A stretch of 64,000 nt of DNA from the human T2T-CHM13v2.0 reference genome, Homo sapiens: assembly GCF_009914755.1 (NCBI RefSeq), contig NC_060925.1. One strand, 5' to 3'. Made by a program: the position numbers and the translations under genes. The notes below the pieces were generated by a model. That model saw nothing but the letters and a program-made list of their open reading frames with translations, was not told where the DNA came from and ran no database searches. This document shows positions 63,313 to 64,000 of this stretch, one piece after another (position 1 is the stretch's first letter; each line of letters starts with the position of its first letter).

Positions 63313-64000
63313 ACAAATAACTTTTAAAGTACTTTAAAATCATAAGTTGTTTTTATCAGCCTGATACTTAAATATTGATAAGTCTGTCTTATGCTTTTAA
63401 TAGTTTTAAAATATGTTTGCTGATTTTCTAATTTAATCCTAAAGTCCTACAGCAATCTAAGTTTCATTTTCTCATTCTTCAGAGAAGCTGGGTATCATTA
63501 GAATAATTCTTCAAACACTAGAAAGAAGATCACGGCACAAACCCTGTGGTTCCTTGTGGGACTACTCAGCCCATTATAATGTTAAACTTTATTTTCTCAC
63601 ATACATCTGGTATCTAACCATTTTTACATTTTCTTGTGTACGTTCGAATTTTCCGTATTTTAAGTTGTAGAATAAATCTAAAAACAGTGCTGAAACAGCT
63701 GGTGAGAGAATTTAAACTATCAAGGAGTTCTAAATTTTGATGTTCTTACAACTGAGTGAAAAACCTATCTATATTCAGTTTCTGTTATCCAGTTCTCTAA
63801 GCAGTATTGTTCTGGGCACAGCCACCACACACATAGAACTCTAGCCACATCTTTTTCTCTCTACAAGATAGAAAATAATTTAGTTTCTTCTTTGGTTAAG
63901 GTTGGAATTGAAGACATTTTTACGAAGGGAAAAAGGGGAATATAAAAGAAAACATGAAGCCACTGAGTTTCAGAATATATAATCCTAATTTAACTAAATA

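Overview
Primate (almost certainly human, 1q24 by gene order) genomic DNA, not microbial. The minus strand carries the last four coding exons and 3' UTR of MPC2 (mitochondrial pyruvate carrier 2, about 62003 down to 54140). These are followed, after only about 2.5 kb, by ADCY10 (soluble bicarbonate-sensing adenylyl cyclase, sAC) from non-coding exon 1 through coding exon 14; the gene continues off the left edge. I traced 13 ADCY10 coding exons by hand and they join into one open frame of 538 codons containing C1, C2 and the P-loop. The rest is repeats: a 6.8 kb two-LTR mosaic ERV1 provirus (LTR2 / Harlequin-like, tRNA-Glu PBS), three ERV1 solo LTRs in ADCY10 intron 1, a nested L1 block, a MaLR LTR, MER30 and about 30 Alus. 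Most ORF-track entries are Alu, L1 or ERV artefacts. I found no convincing new gene system. The best leads are splice- and translation-level features of ADCY10, possible MPC2-to-ADCY10 read-through, G-to-A hypermutation of the provirus, and two L1 insertions with apparent 3' transductions. Family and subfamily names are from memory, and repeat boundaries are approximate unless a TSD is quoted.
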